Shown here: positions 9,591-19,464 of the stretch, in pieces | How the letters are laid out: each line of letters begins with the position of its first letter | Numbering within the stretch: position 1 is the first letter of the stretch | From: Alphaproteobacteria bacterium | GTDB lineage: Bacteria > Pseudomonadota > Alphaproteobacteria > MPNO01 | Assembly: GCA_965248835.1 (NCBI GenBank) | Contig: CBDFLJ010000001.1 | Coordinates: 1,856,001-1,920,000, forward strand | Length of the DNA: 64,000 bases | Direction of reading: 5' to 3' | Program-made: the position numbers and the translations under genes | Notes under the pieces: model-generated | The model's input: only the letters and a program-made list of their open reading frames with translations | What the model was told of the DNA's origin: nothing | The model's database searches: none

Positions 9591-11038
9591 TCCGCTGCGG
9601 TGGCGACGGCGCCGTCGAGCGCCTCGCGTCCGCAGACATAGTCGTGGATCGCCTCGGCCGCGTCGCGGCCGTCACGGATGCCCCAGACCACCAGCGATGC
9701 GCCGCGCACGATGTCGCCGGCGGCAAAGACGCCGTCGATCCCGGTCATCATCGTGCGGTAGTCGATGCGCAGCGTGCCCCAGCGGCTGACCGCGAGCTCC
9801 GGCGCATCGAACAGCGTCGGCAGGTCCTCCGGATCGAAGCCGAGAGCCTTGATCACCAGGTCGGCATCGACGGTGAAGCCCGAGCCCTCGATCGGCTCCG
9901 GCGTCTGGCGGCCCGACGCATCGGGTATGCCGAGGTGGATACGCATCGCGCGCACCGCGCGCACCGTCCCCTCGCCGAGGAAGGCTTCGGGCGTCGCCAG
10001 CCAGACGAACCGGACGCCTTCCTCCTCGGCATACTGCACCTCGCGCAGCGAGCCCGGCATGTTCTCCCGGTCGCGGCGGTAGAGGCAGCTCACCGATCGC
10101 GCGCCCTGGCGGACGGCGGTGCGCACGCAGTCCATCGCCGTGTCGCCGCCGCCGATCACCACGACATCCTTGCCCGCGGCATCCAATCGGCCGTCGTCGA
10201 AGGCCGGCACGGCATCGCCCAGCCCCTTGCGGTTGGACGCCGTCAGGTAGTCGAGCGCCGGCACCACGTTGGCCAGCCCCGCGCCCGGGAGCTGGATGTC
10301 GCGCGCCCTGTAGACCCCGGTCGCGATCAGCACCGCGTCATGGCGCGCGCGGATCTCCTCGAGGCTGGCGTCGCGGCCGACCTCGAAATTTCGGTGGAAG
10401 ACGATCCCGGCCTCCTCGAACAGCGCGATGCGCCGGCGCACGACCTCCTTTTCGAGCTTGAAGTTGGGGATGCCGTAAACCATAAGCCCGCCCATCCGGT
10501 CGTGGCGGTCGTAGACGTCGACCGCATAGCCGCGGCGGCGGAGCTGTTCGGCTGCGGCAAGTCCGGCGGGGCCGGCACCGATGATGCCGATGGAGCGGCC
10601 GAGCTCGCGGGCCGGGTGCGGCGGCTTCACCCAGCCGCGCTGCCAGGCGGTTTCGGTGATATGGCGCTCCACCGAGCCGATGGTCACCGTGCCGTGGCCG
10701 GATTGCTCGATGACGCAGTTGCCCTCGCACAGGCGGTCCTGCGGGCAAATGCGGCCGCAGATCTCGGGAAAATTGTTGGTCGCCGAGGAGATCTCGTAGG
10801 CCTCTTCCAGCCGCCCGGCGGCGGTCAGCATCAACCAATCGGGGATGTTGTTGTGCACCGGACAATGCACCTGGCAGAACGGCACACCGCATTGCGAGCA
10901 CCGGCTCGCCTGAGCCGCGGCGCCCTCGGGCGAGAAATCGCGATAGATCTCGACGAAATCCGTACGACGGGTCTCCGCGCCGCGCTTTTCCGGCGTCTGC
11001 CGATCCAGATCGACGAATTTCAACATTCCATTGGACAT
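9587..11038 (-). CDS. gltD: Glutamate synthase small subunit
   Basis: RCSQCGVPFC..HCP, CGRICPQDRLCEGNC, GAGPAG, GGGDTAMD, GASLVVW; overlaps the gltB start. Confidence 0.98.
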   Translation of the reverse strand: MSNGMLKFVDLDRQTPEKRGAETRRTDFVEIYRDFSPEGAAAQASRCSQCGVPFCQVHCPVHNNIPDWLMLTAAGRLEEAYEISSATNNFPEICGRICPQDRLCEGNCVIEQSGHGTVTIGSVERHITETAWQRGWVKPPHPARELGRSIGIIGAGPAGLAAAEQLRRRGYAVDVYDRHDRMGGLMVYGIPNFKLEKEVVRRRIALFEEAGIVFHRNFEVGRDASLEEIRARHDAVLIATGVYRARDIQLPGAGLANVVPALDYLTASNRKGLGDAVPAFDDGRLDAAGKDVVVIGGGDTAMDCVRTAVRQGARSVSCLYRRDRENMPGSLREVQYAEEEGVRFVWLATPEAFLGEGTVRAVRAMRIHLGIPDASGRQTPEPIEGSGFTVDADLVIKALGFDPEDLPTLFDAPELAVSRWGTLRIDYRTMMTGIDGVFAAGDIVRGASLVVWGIRDGRDAAEAIHDYVCGREALDGAVATAAE

Positions 11039-11088
11039 GGGCTCTCCCCGGACCCGCCCCGGCGGCGCGGCTTGAATGCGCGCTCAAG

Positions 11089-11121
11089 AGTATAACTTAA
11101 CAGATGACAGCCAAATGACAA
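11089..11121 (-). promoter_or_regulatory. Pho-box-like direct repeat plus -10 element upstream of gltD
   Basis: Minus strand TTGTCAT-ttgg-CTGTCAT (11121-11104), then 9 nt, then TATACT (11094-11089). Confidence 0.5.
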
Positions 11122-11130
11122 GCCCATTTA

Positions 11131-11145
11131 GTCAGTGTTACTGTC
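11131..11145. promoter_or_regulatory. Imperfect palindrome, candidate operator between gltD and uppP
   Basis: GTCAGT-gtt-ACTGTC (1 mismatch). Confidence 0.4.
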
Positions 11146-11305
11146 CTATAAATGTCGCAATGATTCCAGACGACTTGTCCACAGGCGTGATGCGCGAAAT
11201 GAAATCCCGAAAATAGTACCAAAACGGGACAATAATCCAAGTCCTTGGCGCTTGGGCCCAATCCTGCTCTGATGTATATGGTGGCGGCCATCCGGGGGCA
11301 GGACC

Positions 11306-12106
11306 GTGACACTGCTACAGCTTGCCGTGATCGCGCTCGTTCAGGGCATCACGGAATTTCTGCCGATCAGCTCCTCGGCGCATTTGCGGTTGATCCCCCT
11401 GCTCGGCGATTGGCCGGACCAGGGCCTGCTGATCGATGTCGCGGTGCATGTCGGCACGCTGCTGGCGGTGATCGCCTATCTGCGGCGCGACTGCCTGGCG
11501 ATGGCGGCCGGCCTGACCCGGCTGAAGGCGGGATTGAGCGATCCCGGCCTGAGGATGATCCTCTACCTTGTCATCGCCACCATCCCGGTCGTCATCGCAG
11601 GCTATGTTCTGACGACCTGGTTCGGCGAAGCCTGGCGCAATTCCCTGGCGTTGATCGCCTGGTCGACGCTGCTGTTCGGCATCGCCCTCTACGGCGCGGA
11701 CCGCATCGGGCTGACGATCCACCGCATCGAGCACGTAAACGGCTTCGCGGCGCTTGCAATCGGCATTGCCCAGGTGCTGGCCCTGATCCCCGGCGCCAGC
11801 CGGGCCGGGGTGACGATGACGGCCGCGCGCCTGCTGGGCTACGAACGCCGCGATGCCGCTCGTTTCTCCATGCTGCTGTCGATCCCGACGATCATCGCGG
11901 CGGGAACCCTGGCGAGCTTCGCGTTGATCGAGACCGGTGACGCGGCCCTCCAGGCCGGCGCCGTGGTCGCCGGCCTGATCGCTTTCGTTACCGCCCTCAT
12001 CGCCATCGCTTTGATGATGAGCTGGTTGACGCGCTCAAGCTTCACGCCGTTCGTGGTCTACCGCATCGTCCTGGGCGGCGTCCTGTTGGGGATCGTCTAT
12101 TTGTAG
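11306..12106 (+). CDS. uppP: Undecaprenyl-diphosphate phosphatase
   Basis: QGITEFLPISSSAH and ALIPGASRAGVT motifs of BacA/UppP. Confidence 0.96.
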   Translation: MTLLQLAVIALVQGITEFLPISSSAHLRLIPLLGDWPDQGLLIDVAVHVGTLLAVIAYLRRDCLAMAAGLTRLKAGLSDPGLRMILYLVIATIPVVIAGYVLTTWFGEAWRNSLALIAWSTLLFGIALYGADRIGLTIHRIEHVNGFAALAIGIAQVLALIPGASRAGVTMTAARLLGYERRDAARFSMLLSIPTIIAAGTLASFALIETGDAALQAGAVVAGLIAFVTALIAIALMMSWLTRSSFTPFVVYRIVLGGVLLGIVYL

Positions 12107-12115
12107 GCGGCGCGC

Positions 12116-13060
12116 TCAGACCGCGCGCGCCCACTGCCCGCCGCGGCGGTAGCGGCCGAGATAGCCGGGAACGATCGATTCGACGGCGGTGGCGGTGATG
12201 CCGAGATCGGCGAGGCCAGGCGCCGCGCCGGCCACGGCGTCGGCAGCCAGCAGGCGCACCTGATCGCGCGTCAGCAGCGGCGGAAACGGCGACAGCTCCA
12301 GGAAATATGCCTTGATCGCCGCGATCGCGGAGGGCAAGGGCACCAGCAGCCGTCGCCGACCGGTCTGAGCCAGGATGTAGGACAAGATTTCCTCGAAGCT
12401 GTAGATTCTGGGCCCGGCGAACTCGTAGACCCGGCCCGCGGCGTCGGCGGAGTCCAGCGCCGCCATGATGCCGGCGGCAACATCGGCGACATAGACGGGT
12501 TGGAACCGGGTCTTGCCGCCGCCGATCAACGGCAGCGCGGGCGATAGCCGCGCGAGCCAGGCGAACCGGTTGTAGAAATCATCCTCCATCCCGAAGACGA
12601 CGCTCGGTCGGACGATCGTTGCCGCCGCGAACGCCGCACGAACCGCCTCCTCGCCGGCGGCCTTGGACCGGGCGTAATGCGCCGGCGAGTGCGCATCCGC
12701 GACGATCGCGGAGACGTGCACCAGGCGCGCGGCGCCGGCGTCCGCTGCCGCCCGGGCGATGCGGCCCGCACCGGCTTCATGGACGGCATCGAAACGCTGG
12801 CGGCCCCGTTCGTAGAGCACGCCGACCAGGTTGATCACCGTATCGGCGCCGTCCACCGCGGCGGCGACCGAGGCATCGTCGCGCACATTGGCCTGGACCG
12901 GCGCGATCTGGCCGACATCGCCCATCGGTTTGAGGAACAGCGCGGCCTCGGGGTGACGCACCGCGGCGCGGACCTGCGCGCCTGTCCGCGCCAGCGCACG
13001 CACGACGTAGCGGCCGATAAACCCCGAAGCGCCGAAGACCGTCGCGACCCGCACGGCCAT
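12116..13060 (-). CDS. Complex I NDUFA9-family atypical SDR
   Basis: TVFGASGFIGRYVV, LKPMGDVGQI, INLVG, YARSK, RFQPVYV; ATG at 13060. Confidence 0.9.
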   Translation of the reverse strand: MAVRVATVFGASGFIGRYVVRALARTGAQVRAAVRHPEAALFLKPMGDVGQIAPVQANVRDDASVAAAVDGADTVINLVGVLYERGRQRFDAVHEAGAGRIARAAADAGAARLVHVSAIVADAHSPAHYARSKAAGEEAVRAAFAAATIVRPSVVFGMEDDFYNRFAWLARLSPALPLIGGGKTRFQPVYVADVAAGIMAALDSADAAGRVYEFAGPRIYSFEEILSYILAQTGRRRLLVPLPSAIAAIKAYFLELSPFPPLLTRDQVRLLAADAVAGAAPGLADLGITATAVESIVPGYLGRYRRGGQWARAV

Positions 13061-13202
13061 GACTGTTCCCCCACTGTCCCGGCCTCGCCAAGCCGCCCGC
13101 CGAAGAAACGCCACCGTCTCATATGTACCGAACCGGAACAAGCGGTTGACAAGCCGCCGTGGTCTGGCTACGGACCGGTTCGGCCCGGGCCGGACTTCGG
13201 AT

Positions 13203-13289
13203 GCCCAGGTGGCGGAATTGGTAGACGCGCAGGTTTCAGGTACCTGTGACCGCAAGGTCGTGGAAGTTCGAGTCTTCTCCTGGGCACCA
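13203..13289 (+). tRNA. tRNA-Leu(CAG)
   Basis: GCCCAGG acceptor stem pairs with CCTGGGC-A-CCA; GGTAGAC D-loop; anticodon stem CAGGT/ACCTG with loop TTCAGGT; long variable arm; GTTCGAG T-loop. Confidence 0.97.
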
Positions 13290-13338
13290 CCGCATCCTGC
13301 CGCGCCGCGGGCCGTCTTGCGGGATCTGTGGTAATGCG

Positions 13339-13950
13339 ATGAGCGTCGATCTTCATGAAGGCGACCTGCCCGACGGGCTCGATCTCGGGAACGCCGTCGC
13401 GGTGGATACCGAGACGCTGGGGCTCAAGCCCGAGCGCGACCGGCTCTGCCTGGTGCAGCTCAGCGCCGGCGACGGCAACGCCCACCTCGTGCGGTTCCGC
13501 CGCGAGGTCTGCGAGGCGCCCAACCTGACGCGCCTGCTGGCCGATGCGGCGGTCATCAAGATTTTCCACTTCGCGCGCTTCGACATCGCCATGCTGGAGC
13601 GCTATCTCGGAATTCGCTGCCGGCCGGTCTATTGCACCAAGATCGCCTCGAAGATTGCGCGGACCTACACCGACCGCCATTCCCTGAAGGACCTCGCCCG
13701 CGAGCTCCTGGGCGTGGAGATCTCCAAGGAGCAGCAGTCATCGGATTGGGGGGCCGAGACCCTGAACCCCGAGCAGATCCGATACGCCGCAGCCGATGTC
13801 CTGCACCTGCACGCGATCCGCGCGGTGCTGGATGCGATGCTGGCGCGCGAGGCGCGCAGCGATCTGGCTGCGGCGTGTTTCGGGTTCCTGCCCGATCGCG
13901 CGGCGCTCGATCTCGGTGGTTGGGGCGATATGGATATCTTCGCCCACTAG
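13339..13950 (+). CDS. rnd: Ribonuclease D-like 3'-5' exonuclease (short form)
   Basis: AVDTETLGL, RDRLCLVQL, FHFARFD, SKEQQSSDW, YAAADV (DEDDy). Confidence 0.92.
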   Translation: MSVDLHEGDLPDGLDLGNAVAVDTETLGLKPERDRLCLVQLSAGDGNAHLVRFRREVCEAPNLTRLLADAAVIKIFHFARFDIAMLERYLGIRCRPVYCTKIASKIARTYTDRHSLKDLARELLGVEISKEQQSSDWGAETLNPEQIRYAAADVLHLHAIRAVLDAMLAREARSDLAAACFGFLPDRAALDLGGWGDMDIFAH

Positions 13951-14058
13951 CGTTCGGTACCGCCGCGCCGGGCGCTCCCATCGAAACTGTTTTTTGGGTG
14001 GAAAGTGGCTACAGTGGCACGCGCTGGCAACCTCACGGTCGAGAACCGGAAGCCCACC

Positions 14059-15090
14059 ATGTCCATCGCCAAGGCCGAAACGAGGCGCGATCGGGCCTTC
14101 GCACCGAACGCCTCTGCGCCCGAAGCGGACGCGACCGCGGATCTCGCCGTCGCGCGCCGGGTGCTGGCGTTGGAGCGGGCCGGCCTGGACGCGATGGCCG
14201 GGCTGCTCGACGAAAGCTTCGGTGCCGCGGTCGCGCTGATGGAAAGGGCCCGCGGCAGCGGCCGGGTGGTGGTCACCGGGATGGGCAAGTCGGGCCACGT
14301 CGCGCGCAAGATTGCCGCCACCCTGGCCTCGACCGGCACGCCGGCGCTGTTCGTTCATCCCGCCGAGGCGAGCCACGGCGACCTCGGCATGGTGACCGCG
14401 GCCGACACCGTGCTTGCGATCTCGAACTCGGGAGAGACGGCGGAGCTTGGCGACATCATCGCCTATGCCAAGCGCCGGACGATCCCGGTGGTCGCGATCA
14501 CCCGGCGGCGCGACAGCGCGCTGGCGCGCGCCGCCGAGGTGGTGCTGACAATCCCCGACAGCGAGGAGGCTTGCCCGCTCAAGCTCGCGCCGACGACCTC
14601 GACCACGGTGATGATGGCGCTGGGCGATGCCCTGGCGGTCGCCCTCGTGGAGCGCATCGGGTTCTCGCCGGAGGATTTCAAGCTGCGCCACCCCGGCGGC
14701 AAGCTGGGCGACCGGCTGATCAAGGTCGAGACCATCATGCATGCCGGCGCGGCCCTGCCGCTGGCCCCGGCCGAGGTGCTGATGGCCGATGCGCTGATCG
14801 TCATGACCTCCAAAAGCTTCGGATGCATCGGTCTGGTCGACCGGGACGGCCGTCTGGTCGGGATCATCACCGACGGCGACCTGCGGCGGAACATGGCGGG
14901 CGATCTCCTCGACCGACCGGCCCGCGCCGTGATGACCACCGATCCCGAGACCATTTCGCCGGACATGCTGGCGGTGCAGGCGATCTCGATCATGAACCAG
15001 CGGGCCATCACCAGCCTGTTCGTGGTCCGCGACGGCCGGCCGATCGGCATTGTCCATATCCACGACTGCCTGCGCGCGGGCGTGGACTGA
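14059..15090 (+). CDS. kdsD: KpsF/GutQ arabinose-5-phosphate isomerase
   Basis: GMGKSGH, STGTPA, EASHGDLG, APTTST, HPGGKLG, C-terminal CBS pair; lies upstream of lptCAB. Confidence 0.93.
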   Translation: MSIAKAETRRDRAFAPNASAPEADATADLAVARRVLALERAGLDAMAGLLDESFGAAVALMERARGSGRVVVTGMGKSGHVARKIAATLASTGTPALFVHPAEASHGDLGMVTAADTVLAISNSGETAELGDIIAYAKRRTIPVVAITRRRDSALARAAEVVLTIPDSEEACPLKLAPTTSTTVMMALGDALAVALVERIGFSPEDFKLRHPGGKLGDRLIKVETIMHAGAALPLAPAEVLMADALIVMTSKSFGCIGLVDRDGRLVGIITDGDLRRNMAGDLLDRPARAVMTTDPETISPDMLAVQAISIMNQRAITSLFVVRDGRPIGIVHIHDCLRAGVD

Positions 15091-15099
15091 GCGCGGCCC

Positions 15100-15768
15100 A
15101 TGGCGAGCTTCGGCGATACGGACGAGCTGTCCGCGCCGACCGGGACGCCGCTCTCGCCGACGCCGGTCGGCCGGGGCTATTCGCGTTTCGTCAGGCTGAT
15201 GAAGCTGGCCCTGCCGCTGGTCGCCGTGGCCATGATCGTCGCGCTCCTCACCTGGCCGCAATTCGACGACAATGCGCCGCAGTTACAGAGCGCCGTCACG
15301 GAGTTCATCGGCCAGGGAACCGGCGGCCATCGCCTGACCAACGCGCGGTTCACCGGGACCGACCGCAACCGAAACCCCTACGGGCTGACCGCCGAAGCGG
15401 TGGTCCAGCAGACGCCGGGCGGCGACGAGATCAGCCTGAGCCGGCCCGAGGCGGATTTCACCACCCGCAACGGCGCCTGGGTCGCGGTCTCTTCGCCGCG
15501 CGGCCGCTTTGCCCGCAAGCGGCGGACGATCGTCCTCGAGGGCGGGGTGAGCCTGTTCCACGATTCCGGCTACGCGTTGCGGACCGACGCCGCGACGGTC
15601 GACCTCGCGCAGGCGACGGTGGTCTCCGACACACCGGTGACCGGCCAGGGGCCGGCCGCCCATCTGGAGGCCGCGGGGTTTCGCATTCCGCGTGACGGCA
15701 AGCGAATCGCGTTCACCGGACCGGCGCGCGTGGTGCTGTACGGCGACCCCGAAGCGATTCCGAAATGA
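15100..15768 (+). CDS. lptC: LPS export periplasmic protein LptC
   Basis: YSRFV..MKLALP single TM, beta-rich body, position between kdsD and lptA. Confidence 0.85.
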   Translation: MASFGDTDELSAPTGTPLSPTPVGRGYSRFVRLMKLALPLVAVAMIVALLTWPQFDDNAPQLQSAVTEFIGQGTGGHRLTNARFTGTDRNRNPYGLTAEAVVQQTPGGDEISLSRPEADFTTRNGAWVAVSSPRGRFARKRRTIVLEGGVSLFHDSGYALRTDAATVDLAQATVVSDTPVTGQGPAAHLEAAGFRIPRDGKRIAFTGPARVVLYGDPEAIPK

Positions 15769-16615
15769 TCCCGGTCCGTATCCTTGTTGCCGCCGCTTCG
15801 GCGGTCGCGGCGGTCGCGGCGCTTGCGGCGCTCGCCGGCGGCGCATCGGCACAGACCGGCGGCCTGCCGTTCCGCCAGGGCACCGGGCCGATCACGATCG
15901 AGGCCGACGGCGGGATCGAATGGCATCAGTCCTCGCGCACCTACATCGCCCGCGGCAACGCCCGCGCGCGACAGGGCGATGTGACGGTGCGCGCCGAGGA
16001 GATGACCGCCCATTACCGCGACAGCGCCAAGGGCGGCACCGAAGTGTGGCGCATCGATGCCAGCGGCGGCGTGGAGATCACCGCCCCCGACCGGCGGGCC
16101 ACCGCAAGCCGCGGGGTCTACGATGTCGATCGACGGCTGCTCATCCTGACCGGCGCGCCGAGGCTCGAGACCGCCAGGGACCGGATCACCGCCGAGGACA
16201 GCCTGGAGTTCTGGCAGGACCGCGATCTCGCGGTTGCCCGCGGCAACGCCGCCGCGGCGCGCGACGGCCGGCGCTTGCGGGCCGGCGTCCTCAGCGCCAC
16301 CTTCGAGACCGATGCGTCGGGCGAATCGCGGGTGCGGCGCATCGATGCCTTCGGTGACGTGCTGATCTCGACCGCCGAGGAAATCGTGCGGGCCGACCGC
16401 GGCGCCTATGACTTGAAGACCGGGATCGCCAAGCTCGAAGGATCGGTCAAGATCACCCGCGGCACGGACCAGCTCAGCGGCGAGCGGGCGGAAATCGACC
16501 TCAATACCGGGATGAGCCGGCTGTTCGGCGGACCGGGCGGTGCGCGCGGCATTTTCGTGCCCAAGCCGGCCCGGCGTCCGCAACGCCCGGCGGAGCCTCG
16601 GCCCGGAACCGCGCG

Positions 16616-16619
<4 letters not shown>
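15765..16619 (+). CDS. lptA: LptA/OstA family protein (two OstA-like repeats)
   Basis: Signal peptide, PITIEAD, ARGNA, GVYD/GAYD repeats; upstream of lptB. Confidence 0.85.
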
Positions 16620-17392
<773 letters not shown>

Positions 17393-17695
17393 CAATCTTG
17401 TGCAGGTCATTGCTGCATCGCCGGCAATGGCGTCACGGCGGGGCCTGGGGCCGCGCCCGGCTTCGACCGCCGGGCCGTGCGCGAGTTGACTCGCCGCAAC
17501 CGCCGGGCCATATCTTGCGCCGCATTTTTCAGTCGCGGGACGATACGGGACGCTTGGGCCGGACTTCGGCCCGTAAGGGAGGGCCGTCCGTCCATCGGAC
17601 GCGCATCTTGGTGAGCATCTTGGGTTGGGCGGGCATGCGTGCGCCGCCGGGTCGCGGCGGAAGCACGTGATCCCGCGAGGGGCTGGGAGAACAGG

Positions 17696-18160
17696 ATGGA
17701 AATCGTCGATCTGCTGACCGAGGATCGCGTCGTCGACCGGCTCCACGCGGCGAGCAAGAAACAGGTCATCCAGGAGATCTCCCGGCGCGCCGCGGTGATC
17801 ACCAGGCTCGACGAGCGGGCGGTCTTCAATGTTCTTCTCGAGCGCGAGCGGCTGGGCACCACCGGTGTCGGCAAGGGTGTGGCGATTCCCCACGGCAAGA
17901 CCGCCGACATCGACGGGCTCTACGGCCTGTTCGCCCGGCTCGACCAGGCGATCGACTTCGACGCGATCGACGACCAGCCCGTCGATCTGGTGTTTCTGCT
18001 GCTGGCGCCCGAAGGCGCGGGCGCGGATCATCTCAAGGCGCTGGCCCGGGTCTCGCGGCTGCTGCGCGACCCGGCGGTCTGCGAGGCCCTCCGCGGGGCC
18101 TCCGATGCGCATGCCCTTTATGCGATCCTTACCACCGACGCGCGGCGCAGCGCTGCTTGA
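17696..18160 (+). CDS. ptsN: PTS IIA-like nitrogen regulatory protein
   Basis: RERLGTTGVGKGVAIPH, PVDLVFLLLAP, DHLKALARVSR. Confidence 0.95.
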   Translation: MEIVDLLTEDRVVDRLHAASKKQVIQEISRRAAVITRLDERAVFNVLLERERLGTTGVGKGVAIPHGKTADIDGLYGLFARLDQAIDFDAIDDQPVDLVFLLLAPEGAGADHLKALARVSRLLRDPAVCEALRGASDAHALYAILTTDARRSAA

Positions 18161-18216
18161 GCTCTTTTTGAATCTGCTTGAATCGGCGGCGGATCGGGGA
18201 ACCGAGGACGCGGAGC

Positions 18217-18699
18217 CTACTCGGGGCGACGCGATCCTTTGGCGCCGGTTCCGACGCCGAAAGCCCGCACATTGTCCGTCGCCTCGCCGGCATCGTTGCG
18301 GATGTCGATCACCCGTTCACGGCTTGCCGGCGGCGGGCGAACCAGATCGATGTGCAGCAGGCCGTTGGACATCTCCGCACCGACCACTTCGATGCCCTCG
18401 GCCAGCACGAATGAGCGCTGGAACTGGCGCGCGGCAATGCCACGGTGCAGGTAGACACGGTCTTCGGCCTCGGTCTGCTTGCCGCGCACCGTGAGCTGGG
18501 AGTCATCGACGGTGATCACCAGGTCTTCGCGCGTGAAACCGGCGACGGCCAGCGTTATCCGCATCGAATCCTTGCCGGTCTGCTCGATATTGTAGGGCGG
18601 ATAGCCGTCCGCGGAGGCCTTGGAAACTCTGTCCAGCGTCCGTTCGAGTTGGTCGAATCCGAGCAGGAAGGGGCTGTTGAATACCGACATCCGCGCCAT
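18217..18699 (-). CDS. Hsp20 small heat-shock protein (IbpA-like)
   Basis: LGFD, YPPYNIE, LAVAGF, YLHRGIAARQF, NGLLHIDL; ATG at 18699 after AGAGGAGG. Confidence 0.93.
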   Translation of the reverse strand: MARMSVFNSPFLLGFDQLERTLDRVSKASADGYPPYNIEQTGKDSMRITLAVAGFTREDLVITVDDSQLTVRGKQTEAEDRVYLHRGIAARQFQRSFVLAEGIEVVGAEMSNGLLHIDLVRPPPASRERVIDIRNDAGEATDNVRAFGVGTGAKGSRRPE

Positions 18700-18794
18700 C
18701 GTCGGCCTCCTCTTTGCGAGCGGGGCAACACCGAGCGCCCTGCGGACCCGAACGGCATCGGCAGGGGACGGCCCAAGGGGCACCGTCGGGTTTG

Positions 18795-18823
18795 ATATGG
18801 ACATCAAATCGTGGATTTGCAAG
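18795..18823 (-). promoter_or_regulatory. Putative RpoH (sigma-32) promoter of the Hsp20 gene
   Basis: CTTGCA-N16-TCCATAT on the minus strand, about 95 nt upstream of the ATG. Confidence 0.6.
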
Positions 18824-18828
18824 CCGGC

Positions 18829-19464
18829 TCAAGCCGTAAGGCGGCGCGCGGCCGCGACCACGAACAGCGGATCCGACCGGCCCGGTGCCGGTGAAATGTC
18901 GGCCAGCCGGGGCGCCTCGAACAGCCCGGTTTCCACGAAGTAGTGACCGATCAGCCGCGTGTGGTCGCCCTCGTCCAGCGCCCGCCAGACGGCGACCGCC
19001 TTGGTCGGAAACATGCGGTTGGAGAAGCTCACATGGCAGGCGGCACCGGGCACCAGCACCCGGGCGATCTCGGCGAAAATCTCGATCGGGCGGATCAGAT
19101 ACTGTACCGAGACCGACAGCACGCAGGCATCGAAGGCGTGGTCGCGGAACGGCAGGCGGGGCAGCGCGTTGACGTCCTGGACGAGCGCGGCGTCGAGCTG
19201 CGGATTGGCCGCAAGCTCGGCCGCGTTGAGCCCGAGGCCTACGACCGTAGCGTACCCGGCCTCGGCCGGCAGGTGGGACACGCAGCTCGACATCATGTCG
19301 AAGATCCTGCCGCCCGCCGGCAGGTTGGCGGCGAAATAGGCGGCCAGCGCGGCGCGCGCGGGATCGTCGATGTGAGCGACCATCCGCGGCATGGTGTAGA
19401 AGTCGGTGTCCGGGCTCTCGTCGATCCGGGCAAAATGGGCCGGGCCAAGCCGTTCATCTTCCAT
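18829..19464 (-). CDS. Class I SAM-dependent methyltransferase
   Basis: FY..PR.VAHIDD, DMMSSCVSHLP, ELAANPQL, SVQYL, FSNRMFPTKA. Confidence 0.88.
   Translation of the reverse strand: MEDERLGPAHFARIDESPDTDFYTMPRMVAHIDDPARAALAAYFAANLPAGGRIFDMMSSCVSHLPAEAGYATVVGLGLNAAELAANPQLDAALVQDVNALPRLPFRDHAFDACVLSVSVQYLIRPIEIFAEIARVLVPGAACHVSFSNRMFPTKAVAVWRALDEGDHTRLIGHYFVETGLFEAPRLADISPAPGRSDPLFVVAAARRLTA

Noticed and set aside
6780-9641. Long antisense ORFs (953 aa here; also 34112-36814, 22859-25024, 36658-38859 and others)
   Set aside because: Shadow frames of high-GC genes on the opposite strand, with no recognisable motifs.
11175-11185. DnaA box / replication origin
   Set aside because: A single one-mismatch box (TTGTCCACA) with no cluster or origin-linked genes.
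13203-13289. tRNA-Leu as an island integration site
   Set aside because: It is flanked by backbone genes; no integrase or duplicated tRNA 3' end was seen.
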